In this document: positions 22,184-33,374 of the stretch, in pieces
Numbering within the stretch: position 1 is the first letter of the stretch
Layout of the letters: each line of letters begins with the position of its first letter
The notes under the pieces: generated by a model
The model's database searches: none
What the model saw: only the letters and a program-made list of their open reading frames with translations
What the model was told of the DNA's origin: nothing
Assembly (NCBI GenBank): GCA_031422435.1
Contig: JANPLU010000030.1
Location: 95,918-159,917 of the forward strand
DNA length: 64,000 nt
Direction of reading: 5' to 3'
Origin: Acaryochloridaceae cyanobacterium VAR_48_metabat_390
GTDB taxonomy: Bacteria > Cyanobacteriota > Cyanobacteriia > Thermosynechococcales > Thermosynechococcaceae
Translations under genes and position numbers: made by a program

Positions 22184-23341
22184 ATGCAAGTTTATTTGGA
22201 CTACAGTGCCACAACGCCCTGCCGCCCTGAGGCGATCGCCGCACTCCAAAACTCCCTCACCCAAGGATGGGGCAACCCATCGAGTCTGCACGAGTGGGGC
22301 AAACGGGCAGCTTTTGCTGTCGAAGAAGCCCGTTGGCAGGTGGCGCAGCTCATTAACGCGCCGTCGCCAGACTCCATTGTGTTTACTTCCGGCGGTACGG
22401 AGTCTAACAATTTGGCGCTGCTGGGGGCTGCTCGTCGGTTTGACGCGCCGCAGCATTTGATTATTTCTAGCGTGGAACATCCGGCGATCGCCCAAACTGC
22501 CGCTTTGCTTAAAACTCAGGGCTGGCAGGTCACGCAGCTATCTGTCAATGCCTATGGTCGTGTAGACCCTGAAGATTTACGGGCGGCACTTCAGCCCAAT
22601 ACGGCGATCGTTTCTATTATTTATGGACAGAGTGAAGTGGGGACGCTTCAGCCCATTGAGGCATTAGGCACCATTGCTCAGTCTGCTGGGGCGCTCTTTC
22701 ATACCGATGCGGTACAGGCGGCGGGACGCATCCCGCTTAATGTAGAGGCACTGCCCGTTGATTTAATGTCGCTTTCTAGCCATAAGATCTATGGCCCTCA
22801 GGGCATTGGTGCGCTTTATGTCAAACCAGGTGCCATGATTGAGCCAATTTGGGGCGGTGGCGGTCAAGAGCAAGGGTTACGTTCTGGCACACCTGCGGTT
22901 GCGCTCATTACGGCCTTTGGTGTTGCTGCGGCCTGTGCCCGAGCGGAGGTTAAAACCGAACCGGATAGGCTGCGGGGATTGCGCGATCGCCTTTTAACTC
23001 AGCTCCACGATCTTGCACCCCTTAAACTTACAGGGGATCCGATCCATCGGCTACCCCATCACGCTAGCTTTTGTTTGATGACCGCCCCGCCCATCAGCGG
23101 TCGAGAGATTGTCAAACAAATGAATACAGCAGGTATTGGGATTAGTGCGGGTTCGGCCTGTCACAGCGGCAAGCTTCAGCCCAGCCCAGTGTTAACTGCC
23201 ATGGGCTATGAGGCAAAACTGGCACAGTCTAGCCTTCGCATCACCCTTGGGCAGGCAACCACCGCAGAAGACATTGACTGGGCTACAGTTGCACTACGCC
23301 AGATTGTGGGTCGGCTCACAGCCACTGCCGTGCAAGTTTAA
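22184..23341 (+). CDS. Cysteine desulfurase (NifS/IscS-like, class V PLP)
   Basis: YLDYSATTP, GNPSSLH, FTSGGTE, SSHKIYGP and SAGSACHS; ATG at 22184. Confidence 0.93.
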   Translation: MQVYLDYSATTPCRPEAIAALQNSLTQGWGNPSSLHEWGKRAAFAVEEARWQVAQLINAPSPDSIVFTSGGTESNNLALLGAARRFDAPQHLIISSVEHPAIAQTAALLKTQGWQVTQLSVNAYGRVDPEDLRAALQPNTAIVSIIYGQSEVGTLQPIEALGTIAQSAGALFHTDAVQAAGRIPLNVEALPVDLMSLSSHKIYGPQGIGALYVKPGAMIEPIWGGGGQEQGLRSGTPAVALITAFGVAAACARAEVKTEPDRLRGLRDRLLTQLHDLAPLKLTGDPIHRLPHHASFCLMTAPPISGREIVKQMNTAGIGISAGSACHSGKLQPSPVLTAMGYEAKLAQSSLRITLGQATTAEDIDWATVALRQIVGRLTATAVQV

Positions 23342-23354
23342 TGAACTATAAAAA

Positions 23355-23386
23355 AGCTGCCATTAATCTCAAGATTAACTGCAGCT
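23355..23386. terminator. Probable bidirectional intrinsic terminator
   Basis: AGCTGC..TTAATCT-CA-AGATTAA..GCAGCT stem preceded by an A-run, between convergent genes. Confidence 0.55.
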
Positions 23387-23415
23387 ATGAAAAACGGATT
23401 GAATGGAGGGCTAAT

Positions 23416-23565
23416 TTACCTCGAAAAAGTGGGACGACCTGCCTGCAAAAGCTGCATTGAGTGAATTTGAGCATCGACCAAGAAAAACAGGCTGGCAAAA
23501 ACTATAAGGTAAATGCCCAGCGCTAAACTGGTTTTAGAACGTAACAGTGAGGGGAGTGAGTTCAT
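23416..23565 (-). CDS. Small single-TM protein, 49 aa (not in ORF track)
   Basis: Hand translation MNSLPSLLRSKTSLALGIYLIVFASLFFLVDAQIHSMQLLQAGRPTFSR; AGGTG just upstream of ATG; terminator downstream. Confidence 0.55.
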   Translation of the reverse strand: MNSLPSLLRSKTSLALGIYLIVFASLFFLVDAQIHSMQLLQAGRPTFSR

Positions 23566-23735
23566 CTTTCACCTGCACGGATTCAGATAGTAAGTGCACT
23601 CACAGTATGCTCCAAGCAATTAAAGAATGAGCAGAACTTGTTCAATCGTTAAAATAATCTAAATTTTTCGTCACAGAAATTAATGAAGCTCAACTGCTTT
23701 ATTTTCCTGTAGGCCACAGAGGAATATTAAGAGCG

Positions 23736-24383
23736 CTACACGGCTAAAGGCAACGGGCAAGACACATTCACCCCGCCTAAACCGCAGTAGCCATTAGGGT
23801 TCTTTTCGAGATACTGCTGATGATAAGCCTCAGCAAAGTAAAACTCAGGCGCATCTAAAATCTCGGTCGTAATGCTGCCATGTCCTGCATTTTTGAGCGC
23901 CTTTTGATATTCATCTCGTGAAGATTCAGCTAAGGCTTTTTGCGCGGATGAATAAGTATAAATGCCTGACCGATATTGAGTGCCTGCATCATTACCTTGG
24001 CGCATCCCTTGGGTGGGGTTGTGGCTTTCCCAAAATGCTTTAAGCAGTTCTGCATAAGAGATTACCCCAGGGTCAAACACGACGCGCACCACTTCGTTAT
24101 GACCCGTCATGCCAGAACATACTTCTTGGTAAGTCGGGTTAGGGGTAAGCCCCGCAGCGTAGCCCACGGCTGTACTGTAAACACCGTCTAGTTTCCAGAA
24201 TGCTTTTTCTGCCCCCCAAAAGCAGCCCAGTCCAAACATGGCAATTTCCATGCCTTCTGGATAGGGTGGCTTGAGAGCATTGCCGTTTACGAAATGGCGA
24301 TCTGGGACTGAAATTGCTTCTGGGCGACCTTTGAGTGCGGTTTCGGGGGTGGGAAGCGTGGATTTTTTGCCAAAGCCAAACAT
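23736..24383 (-). CDS. msrA: Peptide-methionine (S)-S-oxide reductase
   Basis: [29 protein letters not shown] and NPNGYCG. Confidence 0.97.
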   Translation of the reverse strand: MFGFGKKSTLPTPETALKGRPEAISVPDRHFVNGNALKPPYPEGMEIAMFGLGCFWGAEKAFWKLDGVYSTAVGYAAGLTPNPTYQEVCSGMTGHNEVVRVVFDPGVISYAELLKAFWESHNPTQGMRQGNDAGTQYRSGIYTYSSAQKALAESSRDEYQKALKNAGHGSITTEILDAPEFYFAEAYHQQYLEKNPNGYCGLGGVNVSCPLPLAV

Positions 24384-24510
24384 AGCAACCTAACTTTTAG
24401 ACTAAACAACATTAATGTGTCTTTAGCCTAACGAATTTGGGTAAAAAGGCTGAAGGGGCGATCGCCGTACCTAGCACAGCCCATTATGTTGAGAATGGCG
24501 CAGAGAGACG

Positions 24511-24921
24511 CTACTCCCTGACCCAGCGACGATAGAGATTTTGAATGGACTGCGTGATGGTATTGTGCAAGCTGGAGTTAGAAGCCGCCAAAACCTCCTT
24601 TTGCTGAATTTCCATGAGAAACTGTGCTTCAGCACTGTCCACATCGCCATCGCTGTAGATTAGTCCGCTAATTTCTTCAAGGAGCTGCTGCACTTCTTCG
24701 GGCGCTGGCTGCTCACCTAGATATTCATCAATCCAGCAATGGCATTCCTCGGTTGAGACAGCGCGTAGGCCATTAATCCAAGGGTTGAGTTCTGCATCGT
24801 CTGATAACCCTTTTTGCTGGGCAATTTTTTGCAGACGCTGCTGTTCTTCGGGCTGCACTTTGCCATCTAGCCAGGCAGCACCAATTAAAATCTTGAGCAG
24901 TTGTTTGGCATTCTTAGACAT
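24511..24921 (-). CDS. TerB-family (tellurite-resistance-like) protein
   Basis: AAWLDGKVQPEE and YSDGDVDSAE repeats. Confidence 0.8.
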   Translation of the reverse strand: MSKNAKQLLKILIGAAWLDGKVQPEEQQRLQKIAQQKGLSDDAELNPWINGLRAVSTEECHCWIDEYLGEQPAPEEVQQLLEEISGLIYSDGDVDSAEAQFLMEIQQKEVLAASNSSLHNTITQSIQNLYRRWVRE

Positions 24922-24936
24922 AGTAGAAGTGCTCCT

Positions 24937-25569
24937 ATGGTGAAAGACGGTTTTCTACAGGTCGCAGGGGTGGATGAAGTGGGACGGGGTTGTCTTTTTG
25001 GGCCTGTGGTAGCGGCTGCGGTCATTCTATCGCCCACCGCAGCAGAAGCGTTGCTGAAGGCAGGCGTTAAAGATAGTAAACAGCTTCGGGGGGCAACCCG
25101 CGAGATTCTTTACGAAACCATAAGAACCTATGCGGTAGACTGCCGCATCGGAATGGCTTCAGCGCAAGAAATTGATCGCATTAATATTTTGCAGGCTAGT
25201 CTGCTGGCAATGCGTCGGGCGATCGCCCGTCTTTCTCCCGCCCCCGATCTTTGCCTTATTGACGGAAATCGCCCCATCCCTAATTTTGCAATTTCGCAAC
25301 AAACCATTATTAAAGGCGACCAGACTGAAGTGGCGATCGCCGCCGCCAGCATTATTGCCAAAGTATGGCGCGATCGCCTTTTGGTTCGTTTAGACCGTCG
25401 CTACCCGGGTTATCACTTAGCCTCCAATAAAGGATACGGCAGCCGCGTCCATCAAACCGCACTGCAAACCCTTGGCCCAACTCGTCAACATCGGCTATCA
25501 TTCTCGCCCTGTCAAAGAAGTTTATGTCATGGCGAGCAGATCCTTTTGCCCCATCAAACCTTCGTGTAA
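24937..25569 (+). CDS. rnhB: Ribonuclease HII
   Basis: AGVDEVGRG, KDSK, LIDGN, IAAASIIAKVWRD, NKGYG and HRLSF. Confidence 0.95.
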   Translation: MVKDGFLQVAGVDEVGRGCLFGPVVAAAVILSPTAAEALLKAGVKDSKQLRGATREILYETIRTYAVDCRIGMASAQEIDRINILQASLLAMRRAIARLSPAPDLCLIDGNRPIPNFAISQQTIIKGDQTEVAIAAASIIAKVWRDRLLVRLDRRYPGYHLASNKGYGSRVHQTALQTLGPTRQHRLSFSPCQRSLCHGEQILLPHQTFV

Positions 25570-27528
25570 AGTAGCCCGATTGCGACCTGCTGCTTTGGCT
25601 TGATACAGTGCGCCATCCGCCGCTTCAATGAGCGCATTGGGACTCATTGAAAGCGTTGGGACAAAACAGGCCACACCTAAACTTAGGGTCACAAAGTCGT
25701 CGGTGAGAGAATGGCTATGGGGCAGCCTTAGACCTGCAATATGAGACTGGATCAGTTGAGCAACACTCATCCCTCCTTGTGCATTGGTGTTGGGCAAAAT
25801 AACGGCAAATTCTTCCCCGCCGTAGCGTGCCGCGATGTCAGCCGGTCTTTTGACGCTCATCTGAATCGCCTGCGCCACCTGTCTTAGGCAAGCATCACCC
25901 CCTAAGTGCCCGTAGGCATCGTTGTAGCGTTTGAAATGATCCACATCACTCATAATCAGCGTTAAGGGCTGCTGCTCCCGTGCCAGTCGTTGCCATTCCA
26001 GCTGTAGGCATTCGTCAAAGCGACGGCGATTCGAGAGCTGCGTCAGACCATCCACACTGGCTAACTGCTGGAGTTCTTGATTGGCAACCTGGAGCTGTTG
26101 GTAAAGCCCCGACTGGTGAATGGCAATAACCAATTGGTTAGACAACTGCTGAAGCAGGTTAATTTCTAATGGCTCCCAACGGCGGGGTGCACTACATTCG
26201 TTGATCACCAGCAACCCCCACAAATTTTCATGTTCCCCAATCGGAACCACTAAATTGGCCTGAATCCCTAATTCTGATAAATTCTGTTGCTGAACGTCTT
26301 CTGGTCTAGATATCGCCAAATCAGGAATGGAATGGATTCGACCGGAGCGATAGAAGTCGGCAGAAAAGAGGGGCTGCGCTTTATCTCCCCAACATAAGTT
26401 TTTAAGTAGAGGTACAGTTGCATCTACCGATTCAACGGCAATGCTGCCGCTTCCGTCAGGCTGAAACTGATAAATCAACGCTCGGTCAACCTGTAAAAAC
26501 GCACGGACTTCCGTCACCGCCATCGTTAAGATTTCTGCAAGATTCAGCGACTGACGAATGCGCTGTGAGATTCGGTTAATTAAGCGCTCTCGCACCATCT
26601 GCTTTTGTAACGCTGCCTTTGCCCGCTTCCGCTCTGAGATCTGCCGCTGTAGCTGTTCATTAGCGTGCTGAAGACTAGACGTTCGCGTATCCACAATTTT
26701 TTGGAGCGTTGTGATTGTCAAATGGGCTTCCATCGGATCCACAATGCTGAGGACGCTGGTTTGGGTCACAATTCCTGCTAATGCTCCCACAGCGTCAACG
26801 ACAACTAGACGCTGAAGACCTTTGGCCTTCATTATTTCGTGGGCATTCCATAGGGTTTCTTCCGGCTGAATTAGCGTCAGGGGTGCGCTCATAATGGCGG
26901 CAGCGGCGGTTGTGCCAAGGTCAATGCCTCGTAAACTCAGTTGGGCAATATCGCGTTCTGTCACAATGCCAATGGGTTTAACCATCAGATTTGGCTCTTG
27001 CGTTGTAACCACCACACAGCTCACCCGATGCTCATGCATGAGTTGCGTTATGGCAAGAGCCGAAGACTCGGCTAAAGCTGAAACAACTGCCGTAGACATT
27101 ACTTCTCTGACTCGCCGAAAGTGCAGTAGATCCACGGGGTTTAGAAAGTCGCGTAGGCTCTCCTGCGTAACAATGCCGCCGCAGGTTCCGGTTGATGTGA
27201 CTACGGGAAGGTGTCGAATTTGATGTTGACGCATCTTTGCCAAGATTTTTAGTAAATCCTGGGTCACAGGTTCTTCTAAGCAAGTTAAATTGCGCGTCAT
27301 TACGTCTGCGATGGTTAATTCGGCTAGGGGTTTTCCCGTGGCGACTAACCGAACTAAATCACGATGGGTGAAGATGCCGACTAAGCGTTGTTCGTCACTG
27401 ACCAAAGCGTAGTCCGCATGTTGACCGGCAATAAGCGCCAGCACTGCTGTGACAGATGCGGTGCCATCCACATTGAGGGGAGTGCGATTAATCGCCTGAT
27501 GTATCGAAAAATCTGAGGTTAAGGTCAT
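25522..27528 (-). CDS. Diguanylate cyclase with CBS pairs and GAF domain
   Basis: Four CBS-like repeats, GAF (DRALIYQF...WGLLVINEC), RPAD I-site and GGEEF. Confidence 0.92.
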   Translation of the reverse strand: MTLTSDFSIHQAINRTPLNVDGTASVTAVLALIAGQHADYALVSDEQRLVGIFTHRDLVRLVATGKPLAELTIADVMTRNLTCLEEPVTQDLLKILAKMRQHQIRHLPVVTSTGTCGGIVTQESLRDFLNPVDLLHFRRVREVMSTAVVSALAESSALAITQLMHEHRVSCVVVTTQEPNLMVKPIGIVTERDIAQLSLRGIDLGTTAAAAIMSAPLTLIQPEETLWNAHEIMKAKGLQRLVVVDAVGALAGIVTQTSVLSIVDPMEAHLTITTLQKIVDTRTSSLQHANEQLQRQISERKRAKAALQKQMVRERLINRISQRIRQSLNLAEILTMAVTEVRAFLQVDRALIYQFQPDGSGSIAVESVDATVPLLKNLCWGDKAQPLFSADFYRSGRIHSIPDLAISRPEDVQQQNLSELGIQANLVVPIGEHENLWGLLVINECSAPRRWEPLEINLLQQLSNQLVIAIHQSGLYQQLQVANQELQQLASVDGLTQLSNRRRFDECLQLEWQRLAREQQPLTLIMSDVDHFKRYNDAYGHLGGDACLRQVAQAIQMSVKRPADIAARYGGEEFAVILPNTNAQGGMSVAQLIQSHIAGLRLPHSHSLTDDFVTLSLGVACFVPTLSMSPNALIEAADGALYQAKAAGRNRATLHEGLMGQKDLLAMT

Positions 27529-27615
27529 AGGACAAACCAGGAAGTTTTTATAAAAACCCTGAGGGATGATTAACCTAGCATTCCCTAACTGCGTTGTTTG
27601 TCTTAACGCAAATTT

Positions 27616-28938
27616 TTAGAGACTATCATTAACCTTAGCGACAAGAGTCTGTTTACTTTTTAATTCACCTCGGAATGCCAGAAGTGCTGTTCCATAAGCG
27701 GCCTGCTGCTGTGGTGAGGGATAGACCGATACCTTAAGCTGTCGCTGCCGAATCTGTCGCCAGCACTCATTTTGGGCACCACCCCCCGCTGTAAAAACCT
27801 GCTGAAGCGAGGATGCGCCCATTTGTTCTAAAAGCCTATACCCCGTCGCTTCAATGCGAGCCAGACTTTCGAGCAGACCGTGTAAAAACTCAGCGTCATT
27901 GATAGGTCGGGGCGTTATCTGTGGCTGTAAATTAGGCTGATTGAAGGGAAAGCGTTCTCCTGGCGTAAGGAGCGGATAGTAGTGAAGCGGACTTTCTTGG
28001 CTGGAGTCAATCTGCGAACTGAGCTGCGCTAATGCTTGGGGCGAGAAAAAGTGCGCCAGTGCCAGCCCCCCTGTGTTGGAGGCTCCCCCTGCCAGCCAAA
28101 GATTCCCGAAGCGATGGCTGTAGATGCCGTACTCGGCACAGTCGATGCGCTGCTGGCTCAGCAGCTTTAAGACCAGCGTGGAGCCGAGGGAGGTGACGGC
28201 TTCTCCTGGCTCTGTGGCGGGACTGGCAAGGAATGCCGCAATGCTGTCGGTGGTGCCCGCTCTGATTTGACAGTTGAAGGGCAGATCGAGTTGGGCTGCT
28301 ATGGCTGGAGAAACTACTCCAATGACAGTCCCTGGGGGCAATACTTTGGGCAAAAGCGGCTGAAGGGGCTGGAGCAGTGGCGCGGAAAACCAGGCTGGAT
28401 AAATTTCTAGCGCTGGGTCATAGCCTAGCTTGAGGCTATTATGGTAGTCGCTGATGCCAAGCTGTCCGTGCAGTAAAAAGCTTATCCAGTCGGCCTGATG
28501 CAGAAAATGCTTCGCCTTTGTCCACTTTGACTGGGTTTGAAAGGTTAAGAGCTTGACTAAGCTTGAGCTGGCGCTGAGTACGCAGTGATGGGCTGGCGCA
28601 ACGGTGGAAAGCGAATCGAGAACTGCCGGATCGCCTTTGTCGTTATACATCATGGGCGGACACAAAGGCTGACCCGACTGATCGCACAGCAATACAGTGG
28701 AAGAAGTGCCGTTGATGGCGATCGCCCTAAGCTGTGACCTTATGTCCTTAGGTAGGTTGCCCAACAGCTCAAACAACATTGCTTTCCAGCCCAGTGGGTT
28801 ACGCGCATCTTGAACTGAACCAAAGGCCAGTGACTGCTCATGCAGAATTTGGGTGGTGGGAGAGAGGGCGGGCGTTTGGTGTATGGCGATCGCCCGTGCC
28901 CCAGAAGTGCCAAAGTCTAGTCCTAGAAAAGCATTCAT
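27616..28938 (-). CDS. FGGY-family carbohydrate kinase
   Basis: LGLDFGTSGAR, GTTDSIAAFLA, SLGSTLVLK and TAGGGA. Confidence 0.9.
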   Translation of the reverse strand: MNAFLGLDFGTSGARAIAIHQTPALSPTTQILHEQSLAFGSVQDARNPLGWKAMLFELLGNLPKDIRSQLRAIAINGTSSTVLLCDQSGQPLCPPMMYNDKGDPAVLDSLSTVAPAHHCVLSASSSLVKLLTFQTQSKWTKAKHFLHQADWISFLLHGQLGISDYHNSLKLGYDPALEIYPAWFSAPLLQPLQPLLPKVLPPGTVIGVVSPAIAAQLDLPFNCQIRAGTTDSIAAFLASPATEPGEAVTSLGSTLVLKLLSQQRIDCAEYGIYSHRFGNLWLAGGASNTGGLALAHFFSPQALAQLSSQIDSSQESPLHYYPLLTPGERFPFNQPNLQPQITPRPINDAEFLHGLLESLARIEATGYRLLEQMGASSLQQVFTAGGGAQNECWRQIRQRQLKVSVYPSPQQQAAYGTALLAFRGELKSKQTLVAKVNDSL

Positions 28939-29022
28939 TGCTTATTAGCTGTATCTCTTTCGCTCAATCATCTTATAGATCTTGTAGTGTAGATAGCATA
29001 ACCTCTGCAACCCATCCTGCCA

Positions 29023-30468
29023 ATGTCTTCTACCGCCCAACCGAATGCTCAAGCTGGCTCACTCTGGTCTATCAAGTACGAACCTGCCTTTGAATCTTTA
29101 GGGGATGACTACGCTGATGCAGTAGTTGGGGCTGAATTTCCGCAGAATATTCTGCGATTTCGTAATGAAGATGTGTTGCAAAAAATTGGTCTAACCCCCG
29201 CACAGGTTTCTGACCAAGATTTTATCGAAGCTTTTGGACAATTTCGGGGTCGCAGTCCGCTGCTGGCAATGCGGTACCACGGCTACCAATTTGGGGAATA
29301 TAACCCCAGACTGGGCGACGGACGTGGGTTCTTATACGGTCAGGTACGCGGACAAGATGGCGAACTGTATGACTTTGGCACCAAAGGGTCTGGCACTACG
29401 CCCTACTCTCGCGGCGGCGATGGACGACTGACCCTGAAGGGCGGGGTACGCGAGGTAGTTGCGTCTGAGGCGCTACATCACTATGGCGTGAGAACCTCTC
29501 GATGCTTGAGCCTGATTGAAACGGGCGAAGATCTTTGGCGCGGTGACGAACCCTCTCCGACGCGATCTTCAACGATGGTGCGCTTTAGCCGCTCCCACAT
29601 TCGGTTTGGTACCTTTGAGCGGCTTCATGCTCTCCAGCGCCCCGACCTCATTGGCAAGCTGCTCGATCACGTTATTGACACCTACTATAGCCATCTTTCT
29701 GCCGACCCCGATCGCTACGCTAAGTTTTACGCTGAGTTAGTTCAGCGCACGGCTAAACTAGTTGCCCAATGGATGTCTGTCGGTTTTTGCCATGCGGTAC
29801 TGAATACCGACAATATGTCGATTACCGGAGAAAGTTTCGACTATGGGCCGTTTGCCTTTATTCAAACCTACGATCTGAAGTTTGCAGCGGCTTACTTTGA
29901 CTACTATGGGCGCTACAGCTACGGCAATCAGCCAGGAATTTGCCGCTGGAATTTAGAAATGCTTCAGAAGCCTTTGGGGATGGTGATGCCTGCTGCTGAT
30001 CTAGATGCTGGGCTGCAATGCTTTGAGGATGCCTACTACAGCACCTATCGCCAGCGGATGATGCAAAAGCTGGGGTTTGCGCAGGCTGATACGCCTGATG
30101 CGGAAGCGCTGTTGGTCAGTACGCTAGAGTTTTTGCAGGCGACCCAGGTGGGCTATCACGACTTTTTTTCAGCCCTGCGCCAGTCGTTTTCGCCGCTATG
30201 GTATACCGATGCAGGCCATATTTTAAACGATGTCGAGGTTGTGGCAAAGCCGGAGTGGGCGGAGCGATTAGAGACTTGGCGGCAGCTTTACCATCGCTTG
30301 CTGACGCAGCATCCTGAGTCAGAAATGCCGGAAGTTGCAGAACGTCTGCGTCGACATAACCCGCTCACAGTGCCCGTGCGACCTGAAATTGAGCGGGTGT
30401 GGGAGGCGATCGCCACCACCGATAACTGGCAGCCTTTCTATGACTTACTCAAACAGTTTCCAAAATAG
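29023..30468 (+). CDS. selO: Protein adenylyltransferase SelO/YdiU family
   Basis: [36 protein letters not shown] and DYGPF. Confidence 0.93.
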   Translation: MSSTAQPNAQAGSLWSIKYEPAFESLGDDYADAVVGAEFPQNILRFRNEDVLQKIGLTPAQVSDQDFIEAFGQFRGRSPLLAMRYHGYQFGEYNPRLGDGRGFLYGQVRGQDGELYDFGTKGSGTTPYSRGGDGRLTLKGGVREVVASEALHHYGVRTSRCLSLIETGEDLWRGDEPSPTRSSTMVRFSRSHIRFGTFERLHALQRPDLIGKLLDHVIDTYYSHLSADPDRYAKFYAELVQRTAKLVAQWMSVGFCHAVLNTDNMSITGESFDYGPFAFIQTYDLKFAAAYFDYYGRYSYGNQPGICRWNLEMLQKPLGMVMPAADLDAGLQCFEDAYYSTYRQRMMQKLGFAQADTPDAEALLVSTLEFLQATQVGYHDFFSALRQSFSPLWYTDAGHILNDVEVVAKPEWAERLETWRQLYHRLLTQHPESEMPEVAERLRRHNPLTVPVRPEIERVWEAIATTDNWQPFYDLLKQFPK

Positions 30469-30951
30469 CGGCCGCTTGGTTCTGTTTATTCAGCAGACTT
30501 GTCAGTCAGGCTTTCTCGTGGGGTTTTGAGGGTGAGGGGGTGGACTGTCTCTAGCGCAGCAGCAGACTACTTGAGTAACTGCGATCGCATCTTTTCACTC
30601 AGCCCCTGCACCTGAGTAAAATCTGCCCCCGCAATACTCTCAAACTGCTCAAACTGCACATTTGCCCAGTTCAGTCAGGAAAGCTAAAAAAGTGCGGGTG
30701 TCTGGTTTGCCTAGCAAACGGTGCATCCTTTGGATAGGGTCGCGGATAAATCGGGAAATTCTAAAGTTCATATTCAGGTCGTCGCAGCCATGTCAATATG
30801 CTTGCGAACTACGTGATGTAAGCATCTTTAAAATTCTTCTAGAGGCGTTAAGGATCGTTATTTTGTTTCTCATATTTAGGGCAGCAAATTTAAGTCTTCC
30901 ACTCTCTAAGACCTGGGAACCGTTTAAAGTTTGTCAACCCCTATCTAATCT

Positions 30952-31686
30952 ATGTATAAGCCCTTCCTCAAGCATCTAGAGCAATCCCTCTTTCAACGGT
31001 TTGAGCTACAAAGCCGTCCTATCCCAGCAGACCTAGAGGCTCAAATCAGTGTGCGCGGTAAAAACCCAGCCACCATCCGAAGCTGGTGCTACGAGTGCCC
31101 TGAATTTCGGAAAATTCGCTACACCTACATTGACGCGGGTGCTAGCGCCCAAATCTTCAATAGCGTGATTTATCCCGGTCATAATTCTGAATTGCCCCTG
31201 CTAGGTATCGACTTTCTGTCCTTTGGGCAAGTCAAAAACCTGATTGTGATGGACTTTCAGCCCCTGTTTCAAGATGAGGCGTATCTCAAAAAGTATATCC
31301 ATCCGCTCAAGGCGCTTCACGAAGCCTATCCAGATCTCGCCCAAAATCTAGAGATGAAGTTCTACGACGCAAATCAGTATTTTTCTAAATATCTACTGTT
31401 TGCCAAGACAGACCCAGAAACGGTTAAAACACGAGTCTTTGAGGCGTTCAAAGACTATCTAAACCTTTACTGGAAAATGCTGGAGGAAAGCACACCGCTA
31501 ACCGATCCGTCAGATATTCAGCGCATTGTGAAGGCTCAAAAAGACTACGACCAGTACAGCGCCGACCGTGACCCCGCTTCGGGTCTATTCAGCAGCTATT
31601 TTGGGCATGAGTGGTCAGAGAAGTTCCTGTACGGATTTTTGTTTGAGGATGCCAAGCCTCTTGCTGTTGCCTCCGCCGTAAGGTAG
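30952..31686 (+). CDS. pebA: 15,16-dihydrobiliverdin:ferredoxin oxidoreductase
   Basis: Ferredoxin-dependent bilin reductase motifs [27 protein letters not shown]; directly upstream of pebB. Confidence 0.92.
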   Translation: MYKPFLKHLEQSLFQRFELQSRPIPADLEAQISVRGKNPATIRSWCYECPEFRKIRYTYIDAGASAQIFNSVIYPGHNSELPLLGIDFLSFGQVKNLIVMDFQPLFQDEAYLKKYIHPLKALHEAYPDLAQNLEMKFYDANQYFSKYLLFAKTDPETVKTRVFEAFKDYLNLYWKMLEESTPLTDPSDIQRIVKAQKDYDQYSADRDPASGLFSSYFGHEWSEKFLYGFLFEDAKPLAVASAVR

Positions 31687-31718
31687 TTCAAGTCTTTATC
31701 CTTCGCCACCCTTCCCAA

Positions 31719-32462
31719 ATGACGCTTTATCAGCCCTTTTTAAACTATGCGATCGCCCTTCTTCAGGAGCGCATAGATTTACAGCCTTACCCCATTCCGG
31801 CGGGGTTTGAGTCAAAATCGGCGATGGTGGGTAAGGGTAAGCATCAAGATGAAGTGCTGACGACCAGCTACGGCTATCAGACGCCTAAGCTGCGGCAAAT
31901 TCGTGCAGCTCATGTGCAGGGGGGCAATACGCTTCAGGTGCTAAATTTTGTGATTTTCCCCCACCTAAATTACAATCTGCCCTTTTTTGGCGCGGATTTG
32001 GTGACGCTACCAGGGGGGCACCTCATTGCCCTAGATATGCAGCCGCTCTTTCACGATCTGGCTTATCAGGCGAAGTACAGCGACCCCATTTTGCCGATTT
32101 TTGAGTCTTATCAGCAGCGCTTACCCTGGGGTGGAGATTTTCCTGAAGAGGCGAGCGCCTTTTTCTCGCCTGCATTTTTATGGACAAGACCGAAAGAAAC
32201 CGAGGCGGTTGAGACAGATGTATTTGCGGCATTTAAGGACTACCTAAATGCCTACCTCAATTTTGTAGATCAGGCAGAACCCGTTACAGATGCTGAAGCT
32301 TTAGCCAATATAGAAGCGGCTCAGTTGCGCTATCTGCGCTACCGTGCTGAAAAGGATCCGGCACGGGGCATGTTTAATCGGTTTTATGGGCCAGAGTGGA
32401 CAGAAGAATACATCCACGGTTTTTTGTTTGACTTGGAACGTCAGCGACAGCTTTCAGCTTAA
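31719..32462 (+). CDS. pebB: Phycoerythrobilin:ferredoxin oxidoreductase
   Basis: [23 protein letters not shown] and EKDPARGMF...[11 protein letters not shown]. Confidence 0.93.
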   Translation: MTLYQPFLNYAIALLQERIDLQPYPIPAGFESKSAMVGKGKHQDEVLTTSYGYQTPKLRQIRAAHVQGGNTLQVLNFVIFPHLNYNLPFFGADLVTLPGGHLIALDMQPLFHDLAYQAKYSDPILPIFESYQQRLPWGGDFPEEASAFFSPAFLWTRPKETEAVETDVFAAFKDYLNAYLNFVDQAEPVTDAEALANIEAAQLRYLRYRAEKDPARGMFNRFYGPEWTEEYIHGFLFDLERQRQLSA

Positions 32463-32466
32463 TGAT

Positions 32467-33342
32467 TTACGCAACCTCTAAAAACTGATTCACATGACCT
32501 AAATAGCGCTCAGGATCTTCCAGCATAGGGAAATGTCCTGTCTTAGGAATCACGCAAAACTCAATCATAGATTCATTCAGGTCAGCCGCCTGCTTACCCA
32601 TCGCAGCCGGAATAATCTGGTCAAATTCTCCAGAAACTAGTAGCGTCGGCACCTTGAGCTGGGCAAACTCCTGGGGCATAGTTTCAGAGGCCTGTTTGCT
32701 TACCGCCGTAAACATCGTGCCCAAAGCCGCCGATTCATCTGCCATTAAAAAATCATCTAAAAATGCAACGCGCTCAGACTTCGGGATGGGCTGACTCAAG
32801 AACCGCGCCATAAAGATTTGGTCTACCCAAGGAATTTTAGCGAGCCACTGCGGTCGAAATTTAACGGCATAGCCCCCAAACTGATGGAACTGACTAAAAG
32901 CCTTCTCGTCGTACTCAAAAATGCCGTTACAGGTCAAAATTGCCTTAATCACCCGCTCTGGGTAGCGATTTAAAAACAGCGTTGCCACCGAAGCCCCTGT
33001 AGAGTGGGCATTTAGGTAAACAGCGTCTAGCTTGAGCTGTGTCAACAGCTCGGCTAAATCATCGGCATAAGTCACAAGGTCATACTGCTCCCAAGCCGTT
33101 TGAGGCGTAATAGAAGCCGTTGGTTTTGAAGCAGTCGGCGCTTTGGAGCGACCAAACCCGCGCAAATCATAAAGCAAGCAGTTAAAAAATGGCTTTAGCG
33201 CCTCGGCAGTTGATCGCCAGTATCGTGCAGAACCTGCCCACCCATGCATAAAAACCATCACAGGCTTGTCAGAAGACATCGGATCCGATAATGCAATCCA
33301 CTCATAGTAGTGGGGGACATCACGGATGGTTATGTAGGACAT
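32467..33342 (-). CDS. Alpha/beta fold hydrolase
   Basis: HGWAGS, YDLRGFGRS, AHSTG nucleophile elbow and GHFPMLE. Confidence 0.9.
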   Translation of the reverse strand: MSYITIRDVPHYYEWIALSDPMSSDKPVMVFMHGWAGSARYWRSTAEALKPFFNCLLYDLRGFGRSKAPTASKPTASITPQTAWEQYDLVTYADDLAELLTQLKLDAVYLNAHSTGASVATLFLNRYPERVIKAILTCNGIFEYDEKAFSQFHQFGGYAVKFRPQWLAKIPWVDQIFMARFLSQPIPKSERVAFLDDFLMADESAALGTMFTAVSKQASETMPQEFAQLKVPTLLVSGEFDQIIPAAMGKQAADLNESMIEFCVIPKTGHFPMLEDPERYLGHVNQFLEVA

Positions 33343-33374
33343 ATCAACAAAAACTCAATTGCTAAGCCGGATCT

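Noticed and set aside
26100..26600. GAF domain of the CBS-GAF-GGDEF protein as a cyanobacteriochrome photoreceptor
   Set aside because: The bilin-binding Cys-His position reads EDVQQQNL and no D-x-C-F-type motif is evident, so it is probably a non-chromophorylated GAF.
30662..30979. 105-aa ORF upstream of pebA
   Set aside because: TTG start, no motifs, and it overlaps the pebA start; more likely promoter/UTR sequence.
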